The notes under the pieces are model-generated. The model was not told the DNA's origin. It worked only from the letters and a program-made list of their open reading frames with translations, and made no database searches. Of a stretch of 64,000 nt of DNA, positions 50,647-60,648 are shown one piece after another; positions within the stretch are counted from its first letter, which is position 1, and each line of letters begins with the position of its first letter. Both the position numbers and the translations under genes were made by a program. This DNA is from an uncultured delta proteobacterium (GTDB lineage Bacteria > Desulfobacterota > Binatia > Binatales > Binataceae), in the NCBI GenBank assembly GCA_963756155.1, contig CAVWMQ010000008.1:23240-87239 (forward strand). Direction: 5' to 3'.

Positions 50647-50823
50647 GGCTATGTCAGGATTTCCGAGGGAGTCTACTTGTACTCGCCATGTCAAAACGAC
50701 GCAATCGGGTGTGCCGCAGCGGACGTTCCAGGCGTGTTACTTCCGGAACAAGAAAAACTCGCGGCTGATCGATTATCCACAGGCGATGGGCTGAGGTCTC
50801 CAATTTCAAGCTAAACTCGTCAC

Positions 50824-51618
50824 TCAGTTTTGCTGCGCCTTCGACGCCATCGGATTTTTCGGCGCCGTCACGACGTCCGCGCCGGCTGGCACCGTGAACG
50901 AAAACTGCGCATCGTCGAGCGCGACGTTGTCGCGAACGTCGCTGAACTCCAGAGTGGTCACGTCGCCGAGCTGATCGGTCATCGTGAATCCGACGATGTC
51001 GTACGTTTTAGGATCGAGCGCGACTTCGAAGCGGTCGTTGCTGGCCTTGGGTTTCAGGGCGACATGAATCCGTCCGTCGGGCGCCTGCGCCTTGGGAGCG
51101 GAGACGTCAAAGTCGCGCGAGATGTCGCCGATTCCGAGCAGGAAGCCGGCCGTGCCGCTCGAGCTAATCGCCTGCGCCAGCGGGGTTTCGACGACCTGGT
51201 TGAGATCCGGCTCGTAGCTGTAGAGCTGCTTGCCGTCGCTCACGATGGTCTGCAGGTCGGGTTGCGCAAACTCCCAGCGCATCCGGCCCGGCTTGTGAAA
51301 CAACACGGTGCCCTGGCGCGTGCGCTTGGGCGCGCCGACCGCGACGATCGTTTCCTTGAACTTCGCGCTGAAGGAATTGGTGGTGTTGTAATGATGCTGC
51401 ATCTTGTCGACGACTGACTTGAGCGAGACTTTGTCCGACGGCGGAGTGGCGAACTTTTCCGCCGGCGCAGTCGGATTCTCCGGCGCAGCCGGATTTTCGG
51501 GAGCGTTCGAGTTTGCGGTCGGCGGCGGCGCTGACTCGGCGGCGAACACGCCCGAGGCGCCAAAGAACATCGCCGCGCCTACGGCGAAAACAATCGAGAT
51601 CGTAATGCTCATTTTCAC
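50824..51618 (-). CDS. lolA: outer-membrane lipoprotein carrier protein LolA
   Basis: Signal peptide; FKETIVAVG...GTVLFHKPGRMRWEF..PDLQTIVSDGKQLYSYEPDLNQV LolA beta-sheet motifs; conserved ftsK-lolA synteny. Confidence 0.75.
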   Translation of the reverse strand: MKMSITISIVFAVGAAMFFGASGVFAAESAPPPTANSNAPENPAAPENPTAPAEKFATPPSDKVSLKSVVDKMQHHYNTTNSFSAKFKETIVAVGAPKRTRQGTVLFHKPGRMRWEFAQPDLQTIVSDGKQLYSYEPDLNQVVETPLAQAISSSGTAGFLLGIGDISRDFDVSAPKAQAPDGRIHVALKPKASNDRFEVALDPKTYDIVGFTMTDQLGDVTTLEFSDVRDNVALDDAQFSFTVPAGADVVTAPKNPMASKAQQN

Positions 51619-51775
51619 GGGAAGCCCGCTCCTTCGCGGGCCAAGGCCAGAAAGGCCGCGGATCCGTTAAGTTTTGAAGGATCGACCTGGAAGACCCGCA
51701 AGATCCGGTAGAACGCGACCTGCTACCAGTGTAGACCAATTCCGCGCGCGACGCTTCAAGGAAAATCCGCGGCGG

Positions 51776-53920
51776 TCAGCGTACGCTGCGCAGGCGCACC
51801 TCGCGGGGACGCGCGCCGTCGGCGGGCATCACGATTCCCTCGTGCTCCATCAGCTCGACCATCCGCGCCGCGCGGTTGTAGCCGATGCGGAGCCGCCGCT
51901 GGATCATCGAGATCGACGCCTGGTTGGTCTCCATGACGATCCGCACCGCCTCATCGTACATCTCGTCGCGACGCTCCGGGTCACCGTCGTCTTCGCTCTC
52001 GCTGGGCGGCCTGGTCTCGAGGATTTCCATCCGGTATTCGGGGGTGCCCTGCGCGCGCAGGAAGTCGGTGAGCTTGCGAATCTCGTTCTCGGAGACGAAG
52101 GGACCGTGCAGGCGGCGCAGTTTCGCGCTGCCCGGCGGCATGAACAGCATGTCGCCGGCGCCCAGCAGGCGTTCGGCGCCGATCGAATCGAGGATGGTGC
52201 GCGAGTCGACGCGCGAGGTGACCTGGAAGGAGATGCGCGCCGGCAGGTTCGCCTTGATTATTCCCGTGATGACGTCGACCGACGGCCGCTGGGTGGCGAG
52301 TATCAGATGGATTCCCGACGCACGCGCCTTCTGCGCGAGGCGCGTGATATTGAGCTCGACGGTCTTGCCCTCGCTGAGCAGCAAGTCGGCGAGCTCGTCG
52401 ATCACGATGACGATCTTGGGGAGCTTGCGATGCTCGATCGGCGCGGCCTGCCCATCCGCCGCGCCGGCGGCGGCGCCGCTCACCTGCTCGATGGGCTTTA
52501 GCTGTACGACCTTCTCGCCCGAGGCGAGCGCGCGATTGTAGCCGTCGATATTGCGCACGCCCAGCTCGCGCATCGCGAGGTAACGGTTCTCCATCTCCTG
52601 GGTGGCCCACAACAAGGCGGACGCCGCCTTCTGTGGGTCGACGACTACCGGAACCAGCAGATGCGGGATGTTCTCGTAGACCGACAGCTCGAGCATCTTG
52701 GGATCGATCAGGATGAAGCGCACGTCGTCGGCGGTCGCGTTGAACAGGATCGATGCGATCATGGTGTGAATGGAGACCGACTTACCGGTGCCGGTCGCGC
52801 CCGCGATCAGCAAATGCGGCATCCGCGCGAGATCGGCGGCCATCGGGCGTCCCGCGATGTCCTTGCCGAGCGCGATCGCGAGCTGGCTTCCCGACGAGGC
52901 AAACTCTTCGGCCTCGAGGATTTCGCGCAGGTAGACGCGCTCGCGTTTGCGGTTGGGAACTTCGATACCAACCACCGCCTCGCCGGGCACCGGGGCCTGG
53001 ATGCGGACCGCGGCCGCTCGGAGAGCCATCGAGAGGTCGTCGGCCAGGTTCACAATTTGGCTCACCTTGATTCCGGAGCCGGGCTCGAACTTGTACATCG
53101 TGACCACCGGCCCGGGCTGCACCTCGACCACCCTGCCCTCGACGCCGAAGTCGGCGAGCTTCTGTTCGAGCACGCGCGCGCTGCGCTCGAGCTGCTCTTC
53201 ATCGACCTGGGCATGCTCGGCGGGCGGATTGTCGAGCAGCGACGGCGCGGGCAGTTTGTAGCCGCCCTTGCTCCGCGGCGTGGGGGCCTTGTCGCGCTTG
53301 TCGCGCGCCGCCGGCGCGAGCGGCTCGATGCGGCGGACCTTGAGCGCGCGCGGCTTGCCGTCAATGTCTGTTTCGATGTCGCGAAAGCGTTCGCCGTCGC
53401 CTGAATTGTCGCGAGACTCAGCGCCTCCGAGCGTGAACACGCCCCCGTCGCGATCCGAATCGCGATCGTCGCGAGTATCGCGGCGCGGCCGGATTCTGCC
53501 GGCCAGCCCGCTCACGACCTCGGTAGGCGCCCGCTTGACCATCAGGGCGAAGCCGAGTGCGAGCGCGAACAGCACAGCGAGGTAACCACCGGCAAGGTTG
53601 AGCGAGCCGTTGAGCGCGCCCGCGGCCATCGCGCCCGCTTGCCCGCCGAGGTGCGCGTCGCTTAAGTCCCAGAGGCTCGCGCCGGTCGCGAGCGCCGCGA
53701 TCAGAATCGCGCCGCCCAGGACCTCGCGGGCCATCGTGCGAAGCGGCGTGCCGGTCCACACCCGAATCGCGAGCCAGACGACCAGGGCCGTCACCAGGTA
53801 CGACTGGTAACCGATCGCGACGCTCAGATACGCCGCCATCGCATCGCCGACCGGGCCGCCGAGGTTGGGCCTGCGGCGCGATCTAAGCATCCGAGGCTGG
53901 TCGCGCCGAACGCGGCGCAT
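51776..53920 (-). CDS. ftsK: DNA translocase FtsK
   Basis: NLGGPVG, Walker A LLIAGATGTGKS, ...IDELADL..., C-terminal gamma domain winged helix (ISMIQRRLRIGYNRAARMVE). An N-terminal TM helix may be in another frame upstream of 53920. Confidence 0.9.
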   Translation of the reverse strand: MRRVRRDQPRMLRSRRRPNLGGPVGDAMAAYLSVAIGYQSYLVTALVVWLAIRVWTGTPLRTMAREVLGGAILIAALATGASLWDLSDAHLGGQAGAMAAGALNGSLNLAGGYLAVLFALALGFALMVKRAPTEVVSGLAGRIRPRRDTRDDRDSDRDGGVFTLGGAESRDNSGDGERFRDIETDIDGKPRALKVRRIEPLAPAARDKRDKAPTPRSKGGYKLPAPSLLDNPPAEHAQVDEEQLERSARVLEQKLADFGVEGRVVEVQPGPVVTMYKFEPGSGIKVSQIVNLADDLSMALRAAAVRIQAPVPGEAVVGIEVPNRKRERVYLREILEAEEFASSGSQLAIALGKDIAGRPMAADLARMPHLLIAGATGTGKSVSIHTMIASILFNATADDVRFILIDPKMLELSVYENIPHLLVPVVVDPQKAASALLWATQEMENRYLAMRELGVRNIDGYNRALASGEKVVQLKPIEQVSGAAAGAADGQAAPIEHRKLPKIVIVIDELADLLLSEGKTVELNITRLAQKARASGIHLILATQRPSVDVITGIIKANLPARISFQVTSRVDSRTILDSIGAERLLGAGDMLFMPPGSAKLRRLHGPFVSENEIRKLTDFLRAQGTPEYRMEILETRPPSESEDDGDPERRDEMYDEAVRIVMETNQASISMIQRRLRIGYNRAARMVELMEHEGIVMPADGARPREVRLRSVR

Positions 53921-54049
53921 GCGATCATCGCGAGCGCGAGCAGCTCGCGCGCGATCCGATTGTGACTCTCGTCGGCCGGCTGGAGCTCGATCGGCGGCGG
54001 CGCCGGAACGGGATCGGACGGTGGCGATTTGGGCTTCTGCGCGATCGCC

Positions 54050-55735
54050 TCAGACCTCCGTCAGATGGGTGATGACCAGCGGGCGCTTGCCGAGCTCGTC
54101 GATGAAGTAGCGGCGCAGCGCGCGCATCACCTCGTCCTTGATCTCGTCGTGAATTTCGCTTTTGAGCCTGGAATCCCCGGCGCGCAGGCTGCCGACCTGG
54201 CTGAGCCGCGCTTCCAGCTCGGCGCGCGCGCGGCGCATATGCTCCGAGGTGCCGTCGCCGTTGAGCAGCCCGCGCGAGACCAGCTCGGGCCCGCCAACGA
54301 TCGCACCGGTTTTCGCGGAGACCACGATTACCGCCATCACGGTGCCGTCGCGCGCCAGCGCGCGGCGCTCGCCGAGAAGAGCCGGCGAGCTTTCCTCGCC
54401 CGCCTCGTCGATCATGCGCCGTCCGGACGGGACCGCACCGCCGCGGCGCGCGCCGGCGCCGTTCATCACCAGTGTCTCGCCGTCTTCGAGCAGGAAGCAG
54501 TCGCGCTCGGCGATGCCGCTCTCGACGGCCAGGGCGACGTGATGGGTGAGATGACGATACTCGCCATGAATCGGGATGAAGTTTCGCGGGCGCGTCAGCG
54601 CGATCATCTCGGCCAGCTCGTCGCGGCTGGCGTGACCGGAAACGTGCACCGGCGCGATCGCGTCGTAGACCACCTCGGCGCCCTGCTTGAACAGCCGGTT
54701 GACGACGGTATTGATGGTGCGTTCGTTGCCCGGGATCGATCGCGATGAAAGCACCACCACGTCGCCGGACTCGATACGCACGCGCGGATGGGAATCGACT
54801 GCAAGCCGGGACAGCGCGGAGAGCGGCTCGCCCTGGCTGCCGCTGGCGAGATAGGTGAGCCGATGCGGCTCGAGAAACTCGGCCTCGGTGGGTTCGATGA
54901 AGATGCCAGCGGGCAACGGCAGCAGGCCCATCTCGAGTCCGAGCCGCACGCTCTCTGCCATTCGCCGTCCGAGCGGGACCACGCGGCGGCCGAATTCGCG
55001 CGAGACTTCCGCGGCCTGGCGGATGCGATGCAGATGCGACGAAAACGCGGTGACGAAAAAGCGTCCGCGAGTGCGCGAGACCAAGTCGCGCAGTATCGGC
55101 TTGAGCGAGCTTTCGGAGCCGGAGCGGCCGGGGCGCTCGACGTTGGTTGAATCGGAGAGCAGGAGCGCCACGCCCTCGGCGCCGAGCGCGGCAAAGCGCT
55201 CGCGATCGAAGCGCTCGCCGTCGACCGGGTTCTCGTCGATCTTGAAGTCGCCACTATGAACGATAAGACCGGCGGGCGTGCGGATGGCGAGCGCGAGCGA
55301 GTCGGGCGTCGAATGCGTGACGCGGAGCGGCTCGACGGTAAACGGTCCCACGGTGAAGGGATTGCGCGGCGAAATGGCGCGGAGGTCCGCGCCTTCGAAT
55401 GCGCCCTCGCGAAGACGGCGGCGCGTGAACGCGAGCGTCACCGCGCTGCCATAGACGGGAGCCGGCGCGCGTCTCAGCAGATGCGGCAGCGCGCCGATAT
55501 GATCTTCATGCGCATGAGTCAGGACCATGGCGTCGATCGAGAAGCGCTCGGTGTCGAGGGCCGCGAAATCGGGGACGTAAACGCCGCCGCCGAGGGCCGG
55601 CTCTTCGGGGAACATCAGGCCGCAATCGATCACCACGGCATGGCCGCCGCACTCAACCGCCATCAGGTTGAGCCCGATCTCGCCGAGCCCGCCGAGAGCC
55701 AAAATTCTTACTGGAGGCGTCGTGGAAGCAGCCAT
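54050..55735 (-). CDS. rnj: ribonuclease J (beta-CASP metallo-beta-lactamase)
   Basis: MVLTHAHEDHIGALP (HxHxDH), beta-CASP and C-terminal domain; 561 aa. Confidence 0.9.
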   Translation of the reverse strand: MAASTTPPVRILALGGLGEIGLNLMAVECGGHAVVIDCGLMFPEEPALGGGVYVPDFAALDTERFSIDAMVLTHAHEDHIGALPHLLRRAPAPVYGSAVTLAFTRRRLREGAFEGADLRAISPRNPFTVGPFTVEPLRVTHSTPDSLALAIRTPAGLIVHSGDFKIDENPVDGERFDRERFAALGAEGVALLLSDSTNVERPGRSGSESSLKPILRDLVSRTRGRFFVTAFSSHLHRIRQAAEVSREFGRRVVPLGRRMAESVRLGLEMGLLPLPAGIFIEPTEAEFLEPHRLTYLASGSQGEPLSALSRLAVDSHPRVRIESGDVVVLSSRSIPGNERTINTVVNRLFKQGAEVVYDAIAPVHVSGHASRDELAEMIALTRPRNFIPIHGEYRHLTHHVALAVESGIAERDCFLLEDGETLVMNGAGARRGGAVPSGRRMIDEAGEESSPALLGERRALARDGTVMAVIVVSAKTGAIVGGPELVSRGLLNGDGTSEHMRRARAELEARLSQVGSLRAGDSRLKSEIHDEIKDEVMRALRRYFIDELGKRPLVITHLTEV

Positions 55736-55930
55736 CTCCCTAATCCCCCCGCCCTACCGCCGCACCGCTCCCGAGTATATAGGTCGCAAAATAGCTGCGA
55801 AAGCGGACCGCGCGGTCCCATAATGCGCCGGGGCCGCGAAGCGTTTTCCACAGATGGGCGTGCGGTTTGGGCCGATCTTCTTGCGTTCAGCGGGGGGCGG
55901 GGTTAGCTTCGCTTCCAGAGGCAGTGGGAG

Positions 55931-56404
55931 ATGGCAGTTAACAAGGTGATTCTGATCGGCAACCTGGGACGCGACCCGGAAATCCGCTACCTGAATAACG
56001 GCAACCCAGTCGCGAACTTTTCGGTCGCGACCTCCGAGTCGTTCACCGATCGCAACGGCGCCAAGCAGGAACGCACCGACTGGCACACGATCGTCGTGTT
56101 CGGCAAGCAGGCCGAGCTGTGCGGCCAGTACCTGAAGAAGGGCCGCCAGGTTTTTATCGAGGGCCGTATCAGCTACCGCCAGTATGAGGCCAAGGACGGA
56201 AGCGGCAAACGCTACGTCACCGAGATCGTCGCGCAGCGCGTGCAGTTCCTGGGCGGGCGTGCGGCAGCGGGCGGCGACGAGCCGGGCGAGTTCCGCGGCG
56301 GCGGCGGTGGAGGCGGAGGCGGCGGCGGACATCCGGGCGGCGACGAGGGCGGCGGGCCGCCAATGGACGACGAAGACATTCCGTTTTATCGTTCGCACGG
56401 TTGA
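55931..56404 (+). CDS. ssb: single-stranded DNA-binding protein
   Basis: MAVNKVILIGNLGRDPEIRY...OB fold, Gly-rich linker, acidic tail DDEDIPF. Confidence 0.92.
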   Translation: MAVNKVILIGNLGRDPEIRYLNNGNPVANFSVATSESFTDRNGAKQERTDWHTIVVFGKQAELCGQYLKKGRQVFIEGRISYRQYEAKDGSGKRYVTEIVAQRVQFLGGRAAAGGDEPGEFRGGGGGGGGGGGHPGGDEGGGPPMDDEDIPFYRSHG

Positions 56405-56463
56405 TACTGGGAGTTAAGTCTTCCGCGGCAAGTTCCACCGCCTGCGCAAGGAATCGGCGCTAA

Positions 56464-56835
56464 ATGGCAAGACGAGCTTCGTGCGTGATCAGCCGCGAAG
56501 TTTGCCACGCAGCCACGCTCGCGCTGATGGGCTGGTATCTGATGATGCCGCCGTCAACAACAGTGAACGGCAAACCTGGCCTGGACTTACGCGCTCCTTT
56601 CGCACAATGGTCGGGTGGCGGCAGAGCATTCGCGTCGAGACACGATTGCGAAGCGGCAAGAGCCGCAGTGCGGAAAATTGCGGAGAAGCACCTGCCAGAG
56701 GACCACCCTGACTCGGGAGTGTTTTTAGACTCCGGTGGTCGGCAGGTGGTCATCACAGTAGATCCTCTTGTTTTCACGAAAACCGACGCAATGGAGTGTG
56801 TCGCGAGCGACGATCCCCACCTCAGAGGAAATTAA
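56464..56835 (+). CDS. hypothetical protein
   Basis: ORF only; weak hydrophobic N-terminus, no recognised domain. Confidence 0.2.
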   Translation: MARRASCVISREVCHAATLALMGWYLMMPPSTTVNGKPGLDLRAPFAQWSGGGRAFASRHDCEAARAAVRKIAEKHLPEDHPDSGVFLDSGGRQVVITVDPLVFTKTDAMECVASDDPHLRGN

Positions 56836-56886
56836 GCCCGCCGCAATTCCAAACCCATCACTTGCGCTCAATTAGCGCGATTTCTT

Positions 56887-57252
56887 TCAGAGGCGGCGGA
56901 GTTTTGGCGGCGGCGGTAAGGCGCGATCGTCGCCGGCCAGTGCTATCGCGAAAAAATCGGTGAGGGCGTCGCGCAGCTCTCCGAGCGCGAGGTTCATGTG
57001 CTCGGGCGGCAGCTCATCGAGCTTCGCGCGCGATTTTTCGTGCAGAGAAGCCGCGCCCTCGAGATTTCCGCGCTGGGCGTGCAGGATCGCGACGGCGGCC
57101 TGGATGATTCCCTGGTAGAAGACTTTTTCGGGGCCGGCGCTGCGCTTCCAGACCTCCTCCCATGCCTCGTGGCATTCGAAGAAGCGGCCCTGGTTGAAGA
57201 GGTCGATGCCTTCCTCGTAGAACTCGGCGGAAGATTTGCGCGGTGCCGTCAT
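56887..57252 (-). CDS. DUF309 domain protein
   Basis: GIDLFNQGRFFECHEAWEEVW is the DUF309 signature. Confidence 0.7.
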   Translation of the reverse strand: MTAPRKSSAEFYEEGIDLFNQGRFFECHEAWEEVWKRSAGPEKVFYQGIIQAAVAILHAQRGNLEGAASLHEKSRAKLDELPPEHMNLALGELRDALTDFFAIALAGDDRALPPPPKLRRL

Positions 57253-57329
57253 AACCTCGGATGAAGCATAGCGGTGGCGCGCTTGACGGATAAAGCGGGC
57301 GCGATCGAGTATCGCGCCAGAGGTGTCTC

Positions 57330-58108
57330 ATGAGCCAGGCATACGCCAACAAGATGATCGCGCTCCCCGGCGCCATCCTTAAGATGCGCGAGCGCGACCT
57401 GATGCGCGGCGGCAGCGAAGCAATGCTCGAAATTCCGGTGCCGTCGTTCCTCGTCGAGCATCAGCAGGGGCTGGTGCTGTTCGACACGGGAGTCAATCCG
57501 CGCGTCGCCGAGGACCCGGAGGGTTACTGGGGACCGGCCGCGAAATTTCTGAACGTGAGCTGCACGCCGGAGCAAATCGTCGACCGCCAGGTGCGCGCGC
57601 ACGGCTATAAGCCCGAAGACGTGAAGTTCGTGGTCGTCTCGCATCTGCATCTGGACCACGCGGGCGGCCTCGCGCTGTTCCCCAACGCGCAGTTCGTAAT
57701 CATGAAGGGCGAGCTTCCCTACGCGTACTGGCCCGACCGGCGCGCGCGCGGCGGATTCATCCTGGGTGACCTGCTTCCGACGCGCGGCTTCAATTGGCGC
57801 GAGCTGACCGAGGACACCGATCTTTTCGGCGAGGGCAGCGTGAGCATTCTACGAACCACCGGGCACACTCCCGGCGAATGTTCGATGGTGGTGCGGCTCA
57901 AGAATTCGGGCCCGATAGCGCTCACCGGCGATACGATTCATATCCGCAGGCAACTCGACACGCTGGCCGCGATGGCCGGGGATTTCGACGAGAGCGAGGC
58001 CAGCCGATCGATCAAACGGCTCAAGGAGATGCAGGACAGCAAGCGGCGCGGCTGTGGATCAGCCACGCGCCCGAGGACTGGGCGAACTACCCGCACGAGA
58101 TGGATTAG
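57330..58108 (+). CDS. N-acyl homoserine lactonase-like metallo-beta-lactamase, apparent -1 frameshift near C-terminus
   Basis: HLHLDHAGG zinc motif, ...TGHTPGE..., IKRLKEM. Conserved C-terminus ARLWISHAPEDWANYPHEMD* is in the frame of track ORF 57794..58108. Frames meet around 58040-58050 in a gcggcgcgg run. Confidence 0.65.
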
Positions 58109-58114
58109 CGGCCA

Positions 58115-58807
58115 TCAGATCAGGCCGGCCTGCCTGCTTCGTTTCTTTCGGTCGCCTGCGGCGCGTAATGTCGCGTCATACAGGGGCGTCTCGCCCCGCG
58201 GCTCGACACTGTCGAGGCTGGCGATGGCAGCCTGATGGTCGGTTGTGAAGGGCTCGACCAGCTGAACCGGGGTCTCTTCCGAAGTTGAGCTGTTGGGAGG
58301 ACCGCCACCGAAAGTGAAAACGGCGACCTCGTTGCAGGCGTTGAGCTTTTGAACCGCGCCGGAGAGCAAGCTATGAATGGTTTTGAACTTGCTCTCGCCG
58401 TTAACCGATAGCTTGTCCTTCATACTTCCGGAACTATCGGTGATAATCGCAAGCGCAATAGGCATCGTTCCTCTGCTCTCTTGAAAATATGAGATTGGCA
58501 CCGGCTTGCCCGCGATTGAGACAGCGAAGTCCGACTGCTTCAACGCCTCGATCGGTCGACCCGAATTGTCGGTGACAATTACCGAGTACTGTGCGTATCC
58601 GGGCGTTGACGCGAGATTTTTCGGCCGAGAGTCGGGCAGCGGGCAGAGCGTGAGCGGCGGCGGCGAAGCCAGTTGCCGCTGAACCGGTGGAGGTGGAGGT
58701 GAAGACGGAGGTGGAGGTGACTGGCTGCTCGAGCACGCGGTTGCAAGCGCAATCGAACAGGCGACTACCAGTGTGCGGCTGGAACCACCAGTTAGCATTA
58801 CCTCCAT
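58115..58807 (-). CDS. von Willebrand factor type A domain lipoprotein
   Basis: Lipobox LATAC; Pro/Ser-rich linker; MIDAS DSSGSM (DxSxS); GETPLYDA. Confidence 0.7.
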   Translation of the reverse strand: MEVMLTGGSSRTLVVACSIALATACSSSQSPPPPSSPPPPPVQRQLASPPPLTLCPLPDSRPKNLASTPGYAQYSVIVTDNSGRPIEALKQSDFAVSIAGKPVPISYFQESRGTMPIALAIITDSSGSMKDKLSVNGESKFKTIHSLLSGAVQKLNACNEVAVFTFGGGPPNSSTSEETPVQLVEPFTTDHQAAIASLDSVEPRGETPLYDATLRAAGDRKKRSRQAGLI

Positions 58808-58947
58808 ATCTTAAACGTTTCCCTGCCACCCGGCGAGATCGCAGAGCGACACGGTCAATTCACTAGAGCGAGTTGATAGCTCAACTTGCGTGCGCCGAGT
58901 TTGCGCTACATGGAAGCTCGGTGTCGCCGTCGCTGAATAGAGCGGAG

Positions 58948-60507
58948 TTACTTAAAAGCCTTCCAGGTGAAGTTGGTGGTTCCCGCGTCCGGGGTCGCGG
59001 CCGTGGAGAGCGTGTTTCCAGTGGCGCTGTTGCTCATCGTGATGTTGACGCTGGTGGAGCCCAGGCAACAGTTGACGTAGCCCTGGTGACGCGCGCTGTT
59101 CGGACGCCGCGCATAGGCCCAATAGATCGAACCGCTGCTGTAGTCCGCGAGGTCTGCGGGCGTGGTGCCGAAAGTCGGCCGCTCCATGATCCACTCCGCC
59201 TCGCTGCCGCCGACGGTGGTGCTGCCTATAGGGGTATAGATGTAGGTGGAAGTGGACGTGGTCAGATCACTGACCAGAAAGACGCCGAAGGGGCCGCTCA
59301 GCGAAAGCGACCCGCCCGCGGAACCCATCGATACTTCGACGAAGATCTGATCGCCGGGATTCACGGTGAAGTTGCTGATGATCGATTCGGTCGCTTCCTG
59401 GGGGAGAAACTGGGTCCACGCGCGATAAGTCGTGACCAGCGTGCCGCCGGTGCCAAAGGCCTCCTGTTCGGTTCCGGCCTGGACAAGGTCGGTGGTCCCG
59501 TCGCCGTCGATGCCGATCCAGGTGGAGGAGTCAGTGTTAGTGTTGGCCTCGCCGGTGACGCTGACAACGTTCCATGCGCCAGTCACCCAATCGTAGGCGC
59601 CCGCCGTCTCCTGCAACTCGTCGCCGCTCCAGATATTGGATCCTTCCGGGGAGTTGCTGGGAATCAGCGTCGAAATGGGAATCGAAACCTCCCGGAGCCA
59701 TTTGCTGATCGCCAGATTGGATTTGTTGTCAGTCACAATGGGCCGCGGGGGATAGCCGCGCAGTTTCAGCTCCGCGGCGGACATACGGAGAGCTTGGTCT
59801 CTGGTGAGTCCGGGGAGCACCTCATTTATCTTGGGGATCACGAATTTTTTCGGCGGATATGGGCGATAGCAATGGCAATAGTCTTCGCGCACCTCGGAGC
59901 TAAGCCTGGTTTGAGCCGCGATTGATGTGACTGGAACCGATACGGCGCGCAGCCATCCCTGGTAGGCCTTGGGTGCTCCCTCCGGGCTGGGACGCATCGG
60001 ATAGCCTCGCTTGATCAGTTCTTCATCAGAGAGATTGGCGATCTCATCCTTGTTGAGAGCGGGAAGGATGCGGCCTGCGACCGGGCGGCGGATCTCCTTC
60101 GCCAGCAAGGGCATCTCCGCGGTCGGGGTGGTGTTGGCGCGGAGGTCGACCGGGTAGGTGGCGGATTTAGCGCCGGCGACACAGTCGGCAACCAGATGAG
60201 TGAGCTGCTCGGAGGCGGCGCCGGGATGCACGAAGAATCGAATCATGCCGTCCTGGTCCGCATAGATGTGGATGCGATGGACGCTATCACCCACCGCGTG
60301 AAGGGTGCATTCCGCATTCGGAAGCGTCGTGAGCACGATCGGGGAGTTGGCCGAAGGCGGAATGGTGAGCCGTAGCGCCGAGACCGGATGTAGTTGCGTC
60401 GCGGAAGTTTGCGCCTCGCTTCGGGTAACGCTCACAATCAGGACCAGCGCGAGGACAAATACACCAGACGAAAAAATGAGGCAGGAGAAGGAGTTCGGTC
60501 GTTTCAT
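58948..60507 (-). CDS. secreted peptidase G1 (eqolisin/scytalidoglutamic peptidase)-like protein with duplicated N-terminal motif
   Basis: Signal peptide. C-terminal ...AWNVVSVTGEANTNTDSSTWIGIDGDGTTDLVQAGTEQEA...YRAWTQFLPQEA...VNPGDQIFVEV resembles the G1 family catalytic core (WVGIDG plus Gln/Glu dyad). N-terminal repeats ELIKRGYPMRPSPEGAPKAYQGWLRAVS / ELKLRGYPPRPIVTDNKSNLAISKWLREVS. Confidence 0.5.
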   Translation of the reverse strand: MKRPNSFSCLIFSSGVFVLALVLIVSVTRSEAQTSATQLHPVSALRLTIPPSANSPIVLTTLPNAECTLHAVGDSVHRIHIYADQDGMIRFFVHPGAASEQLTHLVADCVAGAKSATYPVDLRANTTPTAEMPLLAKEIRRPVAGRILPALNKDEIANLSDEELIKRGYPMRPSPEGAPKAYQGWLRAVSVPVTSIAAQTRLSSEVREDYCHCYRPYPPKKFVIPKINEVLPGLTRDQALRMSAAELKLRGYPPRPIVTDNKSNLAISKWLREVSIPISTLIPSNSPEGSNIWSGDELQETAGAYDWVTGAWNVVSVTGEANTNTDSSTWIGIDGDGTTDLVQAGTEQEAFGTGGTLVTTYRAWTQFLPQEATESIISNFTVNPGDQIFVEVSMGSAGGSLSLSGPFGVFLVSDLTTSTSTYIYTPIGSTTVGGSEAEWIMERPTFGTTPADLADYSSGSIYWAYARRPNSARHQGYVNCCLGSTSVNITMSNSATGNTLSTAATPDAGTTNFTWKAFK

Positions 60508-60648
60508 GTTGAGCCCTCACTGCGACGGTTCGGGCAGCGGAACTAACGCGGCCGACGTTTTGAACAACGGCGTCGTGTAACATTATCCGCCCAAGCGGAC
60601 AATCGAACTTTCGATGGAGAGCGCTCGCAACGCTCGAGCGAAAATTGA

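Noticed and set aside
49105-50694. 529-aa track ORF read straight through rimO
   Set aside because: After the repeat block it runs in the wrong frame over the radical-SAM region (Arg/Pro-rich nonsense). The true C-terminal domain is in the 49110..50153 frame.
56270-56345. Gly-codon run (GGGGGGGGGGG) in ssb as a repeat expansion
   Set aside because: Glycine-rich flexible linkers before the acidic DDDIPF tail are normal for SSB.
57330-58235. Full 301-aa track ORF for the lactonase-like gene
   Set aside because: The last about 60 residues are Arg/Thr/Gly-rich nonsense. The conserved C-terminus is in another frame, so the long ORF is a frameshift read-through.
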